Shown here: one piece after another, positions 9,790-19,568 of the stretch | Position numbering within the stretch: position 1 is the first letter of the stretch | Layout of the letters: every line of letters starts with the position of its first letter | NCBI GenBank assembly: GCA_964416175.1 | Contig: CAYQDF010000006.1 | Coordinates: forward strand, 526-64,525 | DNA from: an uncultured Anaerolineaceae bacterium | GTDB lineage: Bacteria > Chloroflexota > Anaerolineae > Anaerolineales > UBA4823 | DNA length: 64,000 nt | Direction of reading: 5' to 3' | Translations under genes and position numbers: made by a program | Notes under the pieces: generated by a model | Seen by the model: the letters and a program-made list of their open reading frames with translations, nothing else | Told to the model about the DNA's origin: nothing | Database searches by the model: none

Positions 9790-9851
9790 TTATGCGCAGA
9801 GTTTCCACATGAGGCAGCGAGTTATCCACAGAAATCAGCCGGTTATCCACA
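9790..9851 (+). promoter_or_regulatory. Array of four same-orientation DnaA boxes
   Basis: TTATCCACA perfect at 9822-9830 and 9843-9851. TTATGCGCA (9790-9798) and GTTTCCACA (9801-9809) each have one mismatch to TTWTNCACA. Spacings are 11, 21 and 21 bp. Confidence 0.5.
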
Positions 9852-9870
9852 GAATCCTCCCATCCGGGGT

Positions 9871-10671
9871 ATGCAGATCCTGATAGGTGGGCTCCTCGGC
9901 GGGATCGTCGCCTACCTGGCTTACCGGGCGAAAGCCTTGAACCGCAGTGGGGCAGTCGCCGCTGCCCTGATTGGGGGATTGGTATTTGGCCTGGGAGGTC
10001 TATCGTGGGCAATTTTATTGCTACTGTTCTTCATCACTTCGAGCCTGCTTTCCCGTGCGTTCGACAGGCGTAAATCGAGTTTGAGCGAGAAATACGCCAA
10101 GGGTTCACGCCGCGATTACGCGCAGGTGCTGGCGAACGGTGGACTCGGCGCGTTCCTGGCGATCTTCCAGGCGGTCTTTCCCGAACAGAACTGGCCCTGG
10201 ATGGCATATATCGGAGCAATGGCAGCGGTCACGGCGGACACCTGGGCGACGGAAGTCGGCGTGCTCAGCCCATCTTTGCCGGTCCTGATTACCAACGGGA
10301 AAACAGTTGAGATGGGGGCTTCCGGAGGCGTGACCCTGGCCGGCTATCTGGCTTCGCTGACCGGCGCTCTGGCGATCGGCCTGGGTGCTTCATTGAGTTT
10401 ACCGCTGAAGGGAGTGTGGGAGGTCTGGCTGGTCGCCGTGGTGGGAGGGCTTATCGGGGCAACCACCGACTCGCTTCTGGGCGCCACTGTGCAGGGGATC
10501 TATCATTGCCCGCGGTGTGAGAAGGAGACGGAAAGCCACCCTGTGCACCGCTGTGGGACGCCAACCACCCGGCTGCGCGGCTGGCGCTGGTTGAACAACG
10601 ACCTGGTGAACTTTTTTTCATCGGTGAGCGGCGCAGGAGTTGCTTTGCTCGCCTGGATTCTATCCGGTTAG
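9871..10671 (+). CDS. DUF92 (TMEM19-like) integral membrane protein
   Basis: Start moved to ATG 9871 (MQILIGGLLGG...). The upstream part of the track ORF covers the DnaA boxes and looks non-coding. Multi-TM, with a C-terminal CPRCEKE..HRC motif. Confidence 0.75.
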   Translation: MQILIGGLLGGIVAYLAYRAKALNRSGAVAAALIGGLVFGLGGLSWAILLLLFFITSSLLSRAFDRRKSSLSEKYAKGSRRDYAQVLANGGLGAFLAIFQAVFPEQNWPWMAYIGAMAAVTADTWATEVGVLSPSLPVLITNGKTVEMGASGGVTLAGYLASLTGALAIGLGASLSLPLKGVWEVWLVAVVGGLIGATTDSLLGATVQGIYHCPRCEKETESHPVHRCGTPTTRLRGWRWLNNDLVNFFSSVSGAGVALLAWILSG

Positions 10672-11379
10672 TAGCTGGCTCAATTCTCCAAGGTCTCGAA
10701 TCACGCGGCAGTCAGCTTCTGGAAAGATGCCCTCCGGATCGAGCAAGACTGGCCTGAGACCGGCGTTCCGGGCACCGATTACATCCGCGTAATAATTATC
10801 CCCGACATAGATCGCTTCATGTGGTTGACAACCGAGGAGCTGCAGGGCGTGGTGGAAGATCGCCCGATCGGGTTTCCAGGCATTGATGGTTCCCGCCGCG
10901 AGGGTGAAGTCAAAGAAGGCGCGGATGCCGTGATCCTCCAGTTCTTCCTCGTATGGTTTGGTGCGGTTGGAGACGACGCCCAGCTGGTAACCGAGTTCTT
11001 TGAGCGTCGAGAGAATCTGGGGAACTCCCCCAACGAGCAAATCCTCCGGCTGGTAATTCTCGCGCATGCGGCGGAAAAGGTGTGAAGCAAGGTCCGCTGC
11101 CCGGTCATCGCCACATCCCAGGCGGAGCAGGTAGAGCCGGGCGTGGTTTATCCAGAACCGATCTTCATCCCCGGCGCTGGCTTCAAGGTCAGCGAGAAGC
11201 TCGGGGGACTGCGCCCAGTAATAATGCAGCCAGCGCAGGGTGGTCCGCCGACGGATGCTCCCATCCGGGACGCCGAGCTGGCCGGCAAACTCCAGGTAAG
11301 CATCGTTGAATGATGGGCGATGAAAGCGCAACGTCCCGTCCAGGTCGAAGAGGACGGCGTGAATGCCGTGTCCGAGCAT
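10660..11379 (-). CDS. HAD-superfamily hydrolase
   Basis: 239 aa. Motif I FDLDGTL, motif III/IV K...YVGDNYYADVIGARNAG. Confidence 0.8.
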   Translation of the reverse strand: MLGHGIHAVLFDLDGTLRFHRPSFNDAYLEFAGQLGVPDGSIRRRTTLRWLHYYWAQSPELLADLEASAGDEDRFWINHARLYLLRLGCGDDRAADLASHLFRRMRENYQPEDLLVGGVPQILSTLKELGYQLGVVSNRTKPYEEELEDHGIRAFFDFTLAAGTINAWKPDRAIFHHALQLLGCQPHEAIYVGDNYYADVIGARNAGLRPVLLDPEGIFPEADCRVIRDLGELSQLLTG

Positions 11380-11384
11380 GAAAC

Positions 11385-12365
11385 TTACCCCCCGATCTCG
11401 CTCATCACCCGGTTGAGCGGGATGACACCATCCGCCAACCCGTGACCCCAGGGTTTGTGCCAGATCCCATCCAGGATCAGCTGGCGCAGCTCTTCCAGGT
11501 CAGCCCCATCCCGCAGGGGCGTGAGCAGGTCAACTTCGCCTTCTCGAAGCAAACAAAGGCGCAGGCGTCCATCTGCGGTCAGGCGCGCACGATTGCACGA
11601 TGCGCAGAAAGGCTGCGTGACCGAGGAGATAAAACCAACGTCTCCTATTGCCCCGGGGATGTGGAAGAGGCGCGCTTCCCCGTCCAGCTTCCCGCCATTG
11701 ACGCTCACCAGAGGACCAAAGACTGCTTCAATGCGCGCCTGCGTCTCTTCCGCGGTGACGACCTGATTGAGCTGCAGGTCGGTCGCCCCGGCGAAAGGCA
11801 TCATTTCGATGAATCTCACCTGCCAGGGATGTTCCAGGGTCATTTCTGCGAGATCGACAACATCCGACTCGTTGTAACCCCGGACTACGACGGCGTTGAT
11901 CTTGATCGGCGCCAGCCCGGCTTCTTCAGCAGCCTGGATGCCCTCCCACACATCTTCCAGCTTCCCCCACCGGGTCAGGCGGCGGAATTTCTCTGGGTCG
12001 AGCGTGTCCAGGCTGACGTTCACGCGCTGCAGACCCGCTTCCGCCAGCGGGCGCGCCAGCCGCCCCAACAGGATCCCATTCGTTGTGATGGAAAGCGACC
12101 GGATGCCGGGTGTATGGGCAATCCCCCGCACCAGTTCCACGATATGGGCCCGAACCGTTGGCTCGCCGCCTGTCAGGCGGATCTTTTGAAAGCCCAGCCG
12201 GGCGAAAAGGCGCACGAACAGCAGGACTTCTTCGTCCTGCATGAGCTCCGCATTAGGCCGGAAGGTCATATCTTCCGGCATGCAGTACACACAGCGCAGA
12301 TTGCAGTGGTCGGTCAGGCTGATGCGGAGATAATTAATCGAACGCCCAAAACGGTCGAATGCCAT
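11385..12365 (-). CDS. moaA: GTP 3',8-cyclase (molybdenum cofactor biosynthesis protein A)
   Basis: 326 aa. YLRISLTDHCNLRCVYCMP radical-SAM cluster motif. C-terminal CASCNRARLTADGRLRLCL second cluster and GG tail. Confidence 0.92.
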   Translation of the reverse strand: MAFDRFGRSINYLRISLTDHCNLRCVYCMPEDMTFRPNAELMQDEEVLLFVRLFARLGFQKIRLTGGEPTVRAHIVELVRGIAHTPGIRSLSITTNGILLGRLARPLAEAGLQRVNVSLDTLDPEKFRRLTRWGKLEDVWEGIQAAEEAGLAPIKINAVVVRGYNESDVVDLAEMTLEHPWQVRFIEMMPFAGATDLQLNQVVTAEETQARIEAVFGPLVSVNGGKLDGEARLFHIPGAIGDVGFISSVTQPFCASCNRARLTADGRLRLCLLREGEVDLLTPLRDGADLEELRQLILDGIWHKPWGHGLADGVIPLNRVMSEIGG

Positions 12366-12461
12366 GATGCTAACAGTGACTTCCAGGGAGAATATTTATG
12401 ACTATCTTCGTCAAAATTATACCCTAATTTGTGCGTCCGGAAGACGCGTTTGGATCCGAGA

Positions 12462-13160
12462 TTATGCAGCAAGCAGTTTCCGGATGTGAATTGTGTGGTC
12501 GCGCTCATGCCAGACGGCGCGGCGGAGCATTTTGCGGGGGCTCCAAAACTCTCCATCGATGCCAACCACCCGCAGCGAGCCGACCAGGGTCGGTAATGCC
12601 GCTTCCAACAAGCTGCGAACCTTTTCCAACCTCTCCCTGGGATCGTCCGGAACTTCCTCGCGCGGGAACGCCATCCCCAGCCGATTCATGTACCACCATT
12701 CTGCGCCGCCGACATGTTTCAAGATTCCGGAGATGCTCCAGCGTTCGCCAGGCCGATTGAGATCCAGAGTTTCCTGGTCTAACCCGTCGACAGTGCCCAG
12801 CAGGTCGGCTCGGCTCCAGGTGAGCAGCTTCAGGCCTCGCTCAACATCTTGATCGGTAAGCGGTTTCCAATCGTGCAAGAACCATGCGTTCACCTCGTAT
12901 CCATCAGCGCTCAGTTCGTATTTCTCGTTGATGGTATATACCTGCCAGGATTCCTCGACCTGGATCTCCTGGTCAACCGGAGAGAGCCAGGGATGGGGAT
13001 CATGCTGGGCGATCCAGAAGACATATTCCTGGAACGCTGCCGGGATGCGATGCAAGGCTTCGTGCTCATCGAGGCCATACGCAAAGCAACCTGGGTGCTC
13101 CAGGGCCCAGGCCAGCGTGCGGCCTTCCACGCCGTTCTCGATACCGATCCTCAAAACCAT
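12462..13160 (-). CDS. DinB-family protein with N-terminal HicB-like fold segment
   Basis: 232 aa. C-terminal DinB-type helices (ILKHVGGAEWWY...WHERDHTIHIRKLL). Confidence 0.55.
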   Translation of the reverse strand: MVLRIGIENGVEGRTLAWALEHPGCFAYGLDEHEALHRIPAAFQEYVFWIAQHDPHPWLSPVDQEIQVEESWQVYTINEKYELSADGYEVNAWFLHDWKPLTDQDVERGLKLLTWSRADLLGTVDGLDQETLDLNRPGERWSISGILKHVGGAEWWYMNRLGMAFPREEVPDDPRERLEKVRSLLEAALPTLVGSLRVVGIDGEFWSPRKMLRRAVWHERDHTIHIRKLLAA

Positions 13161-13250
13161 GGTGGCTACTCTCTTTCTTGTGGATGTTCAATCTTCGTCC
13201 GGCGAGAGCCAGCTCTCGTGGTGGTGGAACGCCTGACATCTCGCTTCTTT

Positions 13251-13721
13251 CTACTTCGTGACGGTGATGGATCCTCCAGTCATTCTAACCAGGTCAGCAG
13301 GTGTCAGGCGGAAAACTGCGTGCGGCGTGCCGGCTGCCGCCCAGATCGCCTCGTAATTGAACAGGTCCTGGTCGATGTAGGTCTCGAGTGTTTCCAGGTG
13401 ACCGACGGGTGGGACGCCCCCGATCGCAAAGCCGGTGTGTTCCCGGATGAAATCCGCGTCAGCCTTGACCAGTGGTTCGCCGACCAGCCTGGCGAGTTTG
13501 CTCTCGTCCACCCGGTTGGCTCCACTGGCGATGACCAGGATCGGGCGCTGAGTCCGCTGTGTCTTGAATACCAGGGACTTGGCGATCTGGCCCACCTGGC
13601 AGCCCACCGCCTGAGCCGCTTCCACGGAGGTACGAGTGGAGGCGGGCAACTCGATCACATCTGCGGCAAATCCCAACGAGGTCAGCGTGTCTTGCACTTT
13701 CCGGGCGCTTGAACTTAACAT
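13251..13721 (-). CDS. YbaK/EbsC-type aminoacyl-tRNA deacylase domain protein
   Basis: 156 aa. QIAKSLVFK ... ILVIASGANRVD ... GFAIGGVPPVGH pattern of the YbaK/ProX family. Confidence 0.8.
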   Translation of the reverse strand: MLSSSARKVQDTLTSLGFAADVIELPASTRTSVEAAQAVGCQVGQIAKSLVFKTQRTQRPILVIASGANRVDESKLARLVGEPLVKADADFIREHTGFAIGGVPPVGHLETLETYIDQDLFNYEAIWAAAGTPHAVFRLTPADLVRMTGGSITVTK

Positions 13722-13731
13722 GGTTTCCTCC

Positions 13732-14721
13732 TTACTGAAGCCACCCGCGCCGGCGGATCCAGAGGAACATCAGGAAAGGCATCAAGAACATGATAATGAG
13801 GGTGAACACGAAAGATGGCAGTCCGGTCCACACATCCAGGGGGAAGACCGGCATGAAAAAGTTCATCCCAAAGAAACCTGCCACGAAGGAGATGGGCATG
13901 AACAGGGTCGTGATGATGGTCAGCGTGCGCATGATGTCGTTCATCCGATTGTTGATCACCGACAGGTAAGTGTCCAGCGTCCCCCCGATGAGATCCCGGA
14001 TGCTTTCTGTGATGTCGTGCAGGCGCACCAGGTGATCGTATACGTCCCGAAAATACACCCGGGCAGCTGAGTCGATCACCCGGTAGTCATCCCGCGCCAG
14101 CTTGTTGAGCACCTCCCGCTGCGGACCGAGGATGCGCCTGAGATTCAGCACGGCCCGCTTAAGGCCAAAGATCTGCTCGAGGGTGGCGTTGGTCGGGCGG
14201 GAGAACACCTGGTCCTCTGCCCGATCGATAGCCTCGTCCAGCGCTTCGACGACGGGCATGTAGCTGGCAATCACCTCGTCGGCCAGCCGGTACAGGAAGT
14301 AATCTGCCCCGTTGCGCAGATGCCGCTCGTCCCGGTGGCTTAGCTCCCACAGGCGCTGGATCGCGTGGATCGGGTAGTCGTGATGAGTCACCAGGTAATT
14401 CTTCCCGAGGAAGATGTCCAGTTCCAATGTGTCAAGATAATCCTCCTCCGCCTCGTCAAAGGTCACCGCGTGCAAAACGATGTAAAGGTACTCCCCCCAA
14501 TCATCGACTTTGGGCACGTGGGATTCCTGGAGGGCATCGTCGATTGCCAGGGGGTGGAAATTAAAGACCTGTTGCAGGACCGGCTCATCGGTTTCCGAGC
14601 GGGTCGCCTCGAAGTCAACCCACAGCAGTCCCCGGGTGTCCGACATGGCGATCCTGAACTCTTCGATCTGGAGGTCTTCTCGGATTTCCCCGCGGGAAGA
14701 AAAGTAGAGGGAACGGATCAT
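13732..14721 (-). CDS. corA: Magnesium/cobalt transporter CorA
   Basis: 329 aa. Two C-terminal TM helices with the GMN signature (FFGMNF). Confidence 0.9.
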   Translation of the reverse strand: MIRSLYFSSRGEIREDLQIEEFRIAMSDTRGLLWVDFEATRSETDEPVLQQVFNFHPLAIDDALQESHVPKVDDWGEYLYIVLHAVTFDEAEEDYLDTLELDIFLGKNYLVTHHDYPIHAIQRLWELSHRDERHLRNGADYFLYRLADEVIASYMPVVEALDEAIDRAEDQVFSRPTNATLEQIFGLKRAVLNLRRILGPQREVLNKLARDDYRVIDSAARVYFRDVYDHLVRLHDITESIRDLIGGTLDTYLSVINNRMNDIMRTLTIITTLFMPISFVAGFFGMNFFMPVFPLDVWTGLPSFVFTLIIMFLMPFLMFLWIRRRGWLQ

Positions 14722-14905
14722 GAGGAGATTCTAACATCAACCCTTTGGATCCAGAGGTATCCACAATTTTAATAGCGGTTTATTAATATCGGAAGAAAAA
14801 AGTCTCAGGTGTTCTTAAAGAAAAGCTTTGGAAACTTATCTGTCCGAATCAGCTTCATCGTTCTAAACTAGAGCAGCTAAAAAACCCCAGCTGGAGACTT
14901 TATCG

Positions 14906-15595
14906 GTGCCTGAACAGACGCCCATCACCCTTAACCATTTTACTTTTTTCAAGTTCACCGGCCATTATTACGAACAGCCCCAGGAGGTGCGCAGGCACTT
15001 CAGGCGCGATTTTTTCACGCATGTAAAGCAGACTGCACAACGCACATTCATTTACCAGGTCTTTCCGTTAGGGACGGGGGAGGACTTCATGGTCTGGAGC
15101 GCCCTTCCGATCGAGCAGCCCGGGCTGCCAGGAGATTTCTTCACAGCTTTCGCCAGAGCCACCAGTCCTTTTCGCCCCCTGGCGGAGCCTGTCCAGGCCT
15201 TATGGGGATTCACCCGGCCCTCTCAATATACCCGGACCCGCTCAGCCCAGGAACTGGATCCCTTCAACCCGGTCCGGTGCCGTTATCTGGTCCTGTATCC
15301 ATTCGCCAAGGAAAAGGAATGGTATCTGCTGAGCCAGGAGACCCGCCAGGGCATGATGAACGAGCACATCAAAATCGGCAAAGGTTTCCCAGAAATCCAA
15401 CAGCTCCTGCTGTATTCTTTTGGCCTCCAGGACCAGGAGTTCGTCGTAGTTTACGAAATGGAAGACCTTCCTCAATTCTCGAATCTGGTGTACGAGCTGC
15501 GCCGGACGGAAGCCCGGCGATACACAGAACGGGATACTCCGCTTCACGCCGCTGTTTACCACCCCGAAGACGAGGCTCTCGCATTGTTTGAGTGA
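14906..15595 (+). CDS. hemQ: Coproheme decarboxylase (chlorite dismutase-like HemQ/ChdC)
   Basis: 229 aa, GTG start after GGAGA. YLVLYPFAKEKEWYLLSQETRQGMMNEHIKIG is typical of HemQ. First gene of the heme operon. Confidence 0.85.
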   Translation: MPEQTPITLNHFTFFKFTGHYYEQPQEVRRHFRRDFFTHVKQTAQRTFIYQVFPLGTGEDFMVWSALPIEQPGLPGDFFTAFARATSPFRPLAEPVQALWGFTRPSQYTRTRSAQELDPFNPVRCRYLVLYPFAKEKEWYLLSQETRQGMMNEHIKIGKGFPEIQQLLLYSFGLQDQEFVVVYEMEDLPQFSNLVYELRRTEARRYTERDTPLHAAVYHPEDEALALFE

Positions 15596-15607
15596 GGAAG
15601 AAACCGG

Positions 15608-16591
15608 ATGCAAGTTCCTGAGATCGTTGGGATCCTCTTCATGGCTTATGGCAGCCCCGACTCGCTGGACCAGATGGAACCATATCTGATCGACGTTCGG
15701 GAGGGCCGCCCGCCTACCCCGGAACTGGTGGCGGAAATTCGCCGACGCTACGCCAGCATCGGTGGGCGCTCGCCATTGCTGGATTGGACGAAGGCCCAGG
15801 CGAACGCGGTCGCTGAACTCTTGAACCGGGAACACGCCTCGCAGAGGCTCCACTTTAGGGCTTACGTCGGGATGCGCCACTGGGAACCGCGCATCGGGCG
15901 GGCTGTCGAAAGTATGGCGGCGGATGGGATCCGCCGGGCGATCGCGCTCGTCATGGCCCCCCATAGCTCCCGGATGAGCGTTGGTAAATATTTCGAGCAG
16001 CTCGAGAAAAGCCTCGCGGAGAAGGACGCGGATATCTTATTCGCGCGCATCGAGAACTGGCACGATCATCCCGGTTTGATCGCTGCTCTCGCTGAGAGAT
16101 ATTTCGAAGCCAGGGGGCGTTTCGCCACGGCGAGCGATCCGTACGTGATCTTCACAGCTCACAGTTTGCCAGCCAGGATCCTCGAGGTGGGAGATCCGTA
16201 CGATGCCCAACTGCGGGCGACATCTCGCATCCTGGCGGACCTCCTCGAGCTACGGGATGGGCGCTGGCAGTTCTGTTACCAAAGCGCAGGAGCCAGCGCC
16301 GTTCCCTGGTTAGGCCCGCAGATAGAGGCAGTGATTGAAGAGCTTGCCCAAAAGGGCGAAAAAGATCTCCTGGTAGTGCCGATCGGATTCGTTTGCGATC
16401 ATGTCGAGGTGCTGTACGACATCGATATCGGCTGCCAGCAGATCGCACGCCGCCATGGGGCACACCTGGAAAGGAGCCCCTCCCTGAACACCTCGCCGAC
16501 TTTTATCCGGGCGCTGGCCGACCTGGTCCTGGAAGCTTTGCCGGGCCTGGAACTCGCTCAGAAGAACCCGCGCCACCCACGGGGGTATTAA
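15608..16591 (+). CDS. hemH: Ferrochelatase (likely coproporphyrin ferrochelatase CpfC)
   Basis: 327 aa. MAYGSPDSLD N-terminus, HSLP motif (FTAHSLPARILE), VPIGFVCDHVEVLYDID. Confidence 0.9.
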   Translation: MQVPEIVGILFMAYGSPDSLDQMEPYLIDVREGRPPTPELVAEIRRRYASIGGRSPLLDWTKAQANAVAELLNREHASQRLHFRAYVGMRHWEPRIGRAVESMAADGIRRAIALVMAPHSSRMSVGKYFEQLEKSLAEKDADILFARIENWHDHPGLIAALAERYFEARGRFATASDPYVIFTAHSLPARILEVGDPYDAQLRATSRILADLLELRDGRWQFCYQSAGASAVPWLGPQIEAVIEELAQKGEKDLLVVPIGFVCDHVEVLYDIDIGCQQIARRHGAHLERSPSLNTSPTFIRALADLVLEALPGLELAQKNPRHPRGY

Positions 16592-16609
16592 GGCTAACAG
16601 AGCACTGGT

Positions 16610-17881
16610 ATGACGATCCTTTGTATTGGTGTCAGCCATCAAACTGGGAGCGTGGTCCTGCGCGAGCGGTTGGCTTTTGATGAGCAAGCCCGGCAGGCTG
16701 CCCTTGCGGAGTTCCGGCAAGGTGGCAGGGACTGCGCGCCTGGTGTCCATGAGCTCGCGATCTTATCGACCTGCAACCGGGTTGAGATCTACGGCGTGGC
16801 TTCCCACGAAGATTTCACCGTGCTTGAATCGTTTCTGGAAAAATCCCGGGGGATCTCCCGGCCCACCTTTTCCCTGTCCCTGTACCGGTACTCCGGCGAG
16901 GAGGCAGTCCACCACATTTTCTCAGTGGCGGCCGGGCTGGATTCCTTGATCCTCGGAGAACCACAAATCCTGGGACAGGTCTCTCGAGCGCTGGAGGTGG
17001 CGCAGAGCCAGGGTGCTGCCGGTAAGGTCCTGACGCGCCTCTTCCAGTCTGCTGTCCATGCCGGGAAGCGTGCCCGAACAGAGACGAGCATCTCGCAGAA
17101 TCCCGCCACAATTTCGTCGATGGCTGTGCGCCTGATCACAGAGATCGTTGGAGATGTCGCCAGCAGCCATTTTGCAGTCCTGGGTGCTGGTGAAATGGCT
17201 GAGCTGGCAGTAGAAGCGCTGATTAAACGCGGCGCGACCCAGATATATGTGGTGAATCGGACCTTGCAGCGGGCACAGGGGCTGGCGAAAAAATGGGGCG
17301 GTCGTCCAGTCGCCTTCGCTCACTTGCCGGAAGTGTTAGAGATCGCGGACGCCGTGATTGCTTCCACTGGTGCGATGCACCCTGTGATCTGTAAAGGAAT
17401 GGTGGAAGAGGCGATGGAAACCCGGCCGAAGCGTCCTCTGGTGATCATGGATATTGCAGTGCCGCGCAACGTTGACCCCCAGGTCGCAGAGATCCCCGGA
17501 GTCACCCTTTACGACATGGATGCGCTTTGGGACTGCCTGGAGGATTCGCTGGCCCTTCGCGCCCGGGAGGTCCCCCACGTCATGCAGGTGATAGAGGAGG
17601 AGCGCGCTGAATTCATGAAATTTCTTACCGAAATGGAAGTCAACCCGCTGATCGCTGAGCTGCGCAGACAGGCTGACCAGATCAGACTCCGGGAACTCGA
17701 GAAGACCTTCCGGCGGATGCCGGACCTGACGCCGGCAGACAAGGAACGCGTGGCCGCGTTGACGAAGAGCATTGTCAAGAAGATCCTTCACGCGCCGACG
17801 GCCTGCCTGCGCTCTCAATTAAATGGCCCCGATGCCGCAGATTATGCGCACCTTACCCGCCAGCTGTTTGACCTGGATTGA
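16610..17881 (+). CDS. hemA: Glutamyl-tRNA reductase
   Basis: 423 aa. LSTCNRVEIY catalytic Cys motif and NADPH Rossmann segment VLGAGEMAE. Confidence 0.95.
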   Translation: MTILCIGVSHQTGSVVLRERLAFDEQARQAALAEFRQGGRDCAPGVHELAILSTCNRVEIYGVASHEDFTVLESFLEKSRGISRPTFSLSLYRYSGEEAVHHIFSVAAGLDSLILGEPQILGQVSRALEVAQSQGAAGKVLTRLFQSAVHAGKRARTETSISQNPATISSMAVRLITEIVGDVASSHFAVLGAGEMAELAVEALIKRGATQIYVVNRTLQRAQGLAKKWGGRPVAFAHLPEVLEIADAVIASTGAMHPVICKGMVEEAMETRPKRPLVIMDIAVPRNVDPQVAEIPGVTLYDMDALWDCLEDSLALRAREVPHVMQVIEEERAEFMKFLTEMEVNPLIAELRRQADQIRLRELEKTFRRMPDLTPADKERVAALTKSIVKKILHAPTACLRSQLNGPDAADYAHLTRQLFDLD

Positions 17882-17886
17882 GCCGA

Positions 17887-18801
17887 ATGCCAAAGCTGAT
17901 TTTCGCCACTCGCCCCTCGAAATTAGCCCGTACTCAGACGGAATTTGTGATCGATCGTCTCAAGCCAGTCTGGCCCGACCTGGACCTCCAGGTGCGCGTG
18001 ATCCACACCCAGGGAGACCGCGACCGTGCTCGCCCGCTCCCCGAGATCGGGGGAAAAGGCATATTCACCCAGGAGTTGGAGGCAGCTCTGATCGCTGGTG
18101 AGGTCGACGCGGCAGTTCATTCCTTGAAGGACCTGATGGTCGAGGACAGCCCTGGGCTGTGTGTTGGGGTGATCCCGGCAAGAGAGGATGCGCGCGACGT
18201 GCTGATCTCGCCGTCTGGCGGCAGCCTGGATGACCTTCCATCGGGCGCGGTTGTCGGGACTTCCAGCCTGCGCCGCCAGGCGCAGCTCCTGGCTTATCGC
18301 CCGGACCTGAAGATGTCGCCGGTGCGCGGCAACGTGGAGACCAGGGTCAGGCAGGTCCAGGAGGGAAGGTACGACGCCATCGTCCTGGCAGCTGCGGGAG
18401 TGATCCGTCTCGGCCTGGCTGAACTGATCACCCAGTATCTGCCATTCGAGGTCATGCTGCCTGCACCCGGGCAGGCTGCTCTGGCGGTCCAGTGCCGCGT
18501 CGATGATCTTGAAACACCGGTTTTCTTATCCGTGCTGGAGGATCCAGCAGTTCGCGCAGCGACCACTGCCGAGCGGGCCTTCCTGGCGGGCTTGGGCGGC
18601 GGATGCGCCCTGCCCATCGCCGCCTATGGGTATGCGGATCAGGATGGGATCATCACCCTGGAGGGGCTGGTCGCCTCCCTGGATGGGAGCCGCACGATCC
18701 GACTTTCAGCCTCTGGGAAGGAGCCGGCTGCCCTGGGAGCCGAGCTGGCAGCTGCTGCGCTGGCTGAGGGAGCAAAGTCTCTGCTGGCGGTGCAGGTATG
18801 A
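17887..18801 (+). CDS. hemC: Hydroxymethylbilane synthase (porphobilinogen deaminase)
   Basis: ATG 17887 chosen (MPKLIFATRPSKLARTQTE). The TTG at 17878 in the track is also possible. GNVETR and SLKD motifs present. Confidence 0.9.
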   Translation: MPKLIFATRPSKLARTQTEFVIDRLKPVWPDLDLQVRVIHTQGDRDRARPLPEIGGKGIFTQELEAALIAGEVDAAVHSLKDLMVEDSPGLCVGVIPAREDARDVLISPSGGSLDDLPSGAVVGTSSLRRQAQLLAYRPDLKMSPVRGNVETRVRQVQEGRYDAIVLAAAGVIRLGLAELITQYLPFEVMLPAPGQAALAVQCRVDDLETPVFLSVLEDPAVRAATTAERAFLAGLGGGCALPIAAYGYADQDGIITLEGLVASLDGSRTIRLSASGKEPAALGAELAAAALAEGAKSLLAVQV

Positions 18802-19568
18802 ACCTGGAGGGCAAGCGCATCCTCATCACTCGCCCCGCCTCGCAGGCGGGTGGATTCATACGGGCACTGGCGTCAGCCAAAGCGCTGCCAGTTTGTTTCC
18901 CGACTATCCAGATTGCCCCGCCGGCAGACCTGACCGCCCTGGACCAGGCGCTGTCGCGCCTGGAGTGCTATGCCTGGCTGGTGCTGACCAGCGCCAACGC
19001 AGTCCGGGCCGTTTGGGAGCGGATGGAAGTATTAGAGATTCACCGCCTTCCCCGACAGTTGCGAGTCGCTGCGATCGGTCCGGTGACTGCCGCTGCCCTG
19101 GAAGGCCACGGCTGCCAGCCAGACCTGGTACCCTGCGAATACACCGCCGAGGCGATACTCCCGGGGCTGGGGGATATCAGGGGTCTCTGGGTGCTGCTGC
19201 CGCGCGCGGAGCTGGCGCGCGAGGCGCTTCCGGATGGCATCAACGCAGCCGGGGGCGTGGCTCACGTGGTTGTGGCTTACCGGACCCTGCCTGCTGTGCC
19301 TGATCCGCAGAGCATCCAGGCTTTGGCCGAGGGCATCGATATCATCACCTTCACCAGCTCGTCGACCGTGCGCAATTTCGTCGACCTGGTGCGCAGGGCC
19401 GGATTTGACCCCCTCCACCTGCCTGGCGAACCGCTGATCGCCTGTATTGGGCCGATCACAGCCCGGACTGCCCTGGAGGCAGGCTTTCGACCCGGCGTTG
19501 TGGCAGAGCAATACACCGTAGAAGGATTGGTTGGTTCTCTATTGAGGTATAAAAATGAAACTGGTTGA
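18798..19568 (+). CDS. hemD: Uroporphyrinogen-III synthase
   Basis: 256 aa. ATGA overlap with hemC. HEM4-like two-lobe pattern (ILITRP..., [18 protein letters not shown]). Confidence 0.85.
   Translation: MNLEGKRILITRPASQAGGFIRALASAKALPVCFPTIQIAPPADLTALDQALSRLECYAWLVLTSANAVRAVWERMEVLEIHRLPRQLRVAAIGPVTAAALEGHGCQPDLVPCEYTAEAILPGLGDIRGLWVLLPRAELAREALPDGINAAGGVAHVVVAYRTLPAVPDPQSIQALAEGIDIITFTSSSTVRNFVDLVRRAGFDPLHLPGEPLIACIGPITARTALEAGFRPGVVAEQYTVEGLVGSLLRYKNETG

Noticed and set aside
9790-9851. DnaA-box array as the chromosomal origin (oriC).
   Set aside because: There is no adjacent AT-rich unwinding element and no dnaA, dnaN or other origin-linked genes in the window. Only 62 bp is involved. 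It is kept as a DnaA-binding site of unknown role.
9712-9870. N-terminal extensions offered by the ORF track: 9712 for DUF92, 28630 for the corrinoid protein, 21677 for hemE, 42302 for nrfA, 8861 for the PH-domain protein, 56109 for the MEMO-like gene.
   Set aside because: The extensions overlap upstream genes, terminators or DnaA boxes, translate to non-protein-like sequence, and lack an SD. Internal ATGs with good SD sequences or ATGA coupling give family-typical N-termini.
12366-12461. Moco riboswitch upstream of moaA.
   Set aside because: Only 96 bp of intergenic DNA is available, and most of it is needed for a TATAAT-type promoter. No conserved Moco-motif helices are evident.
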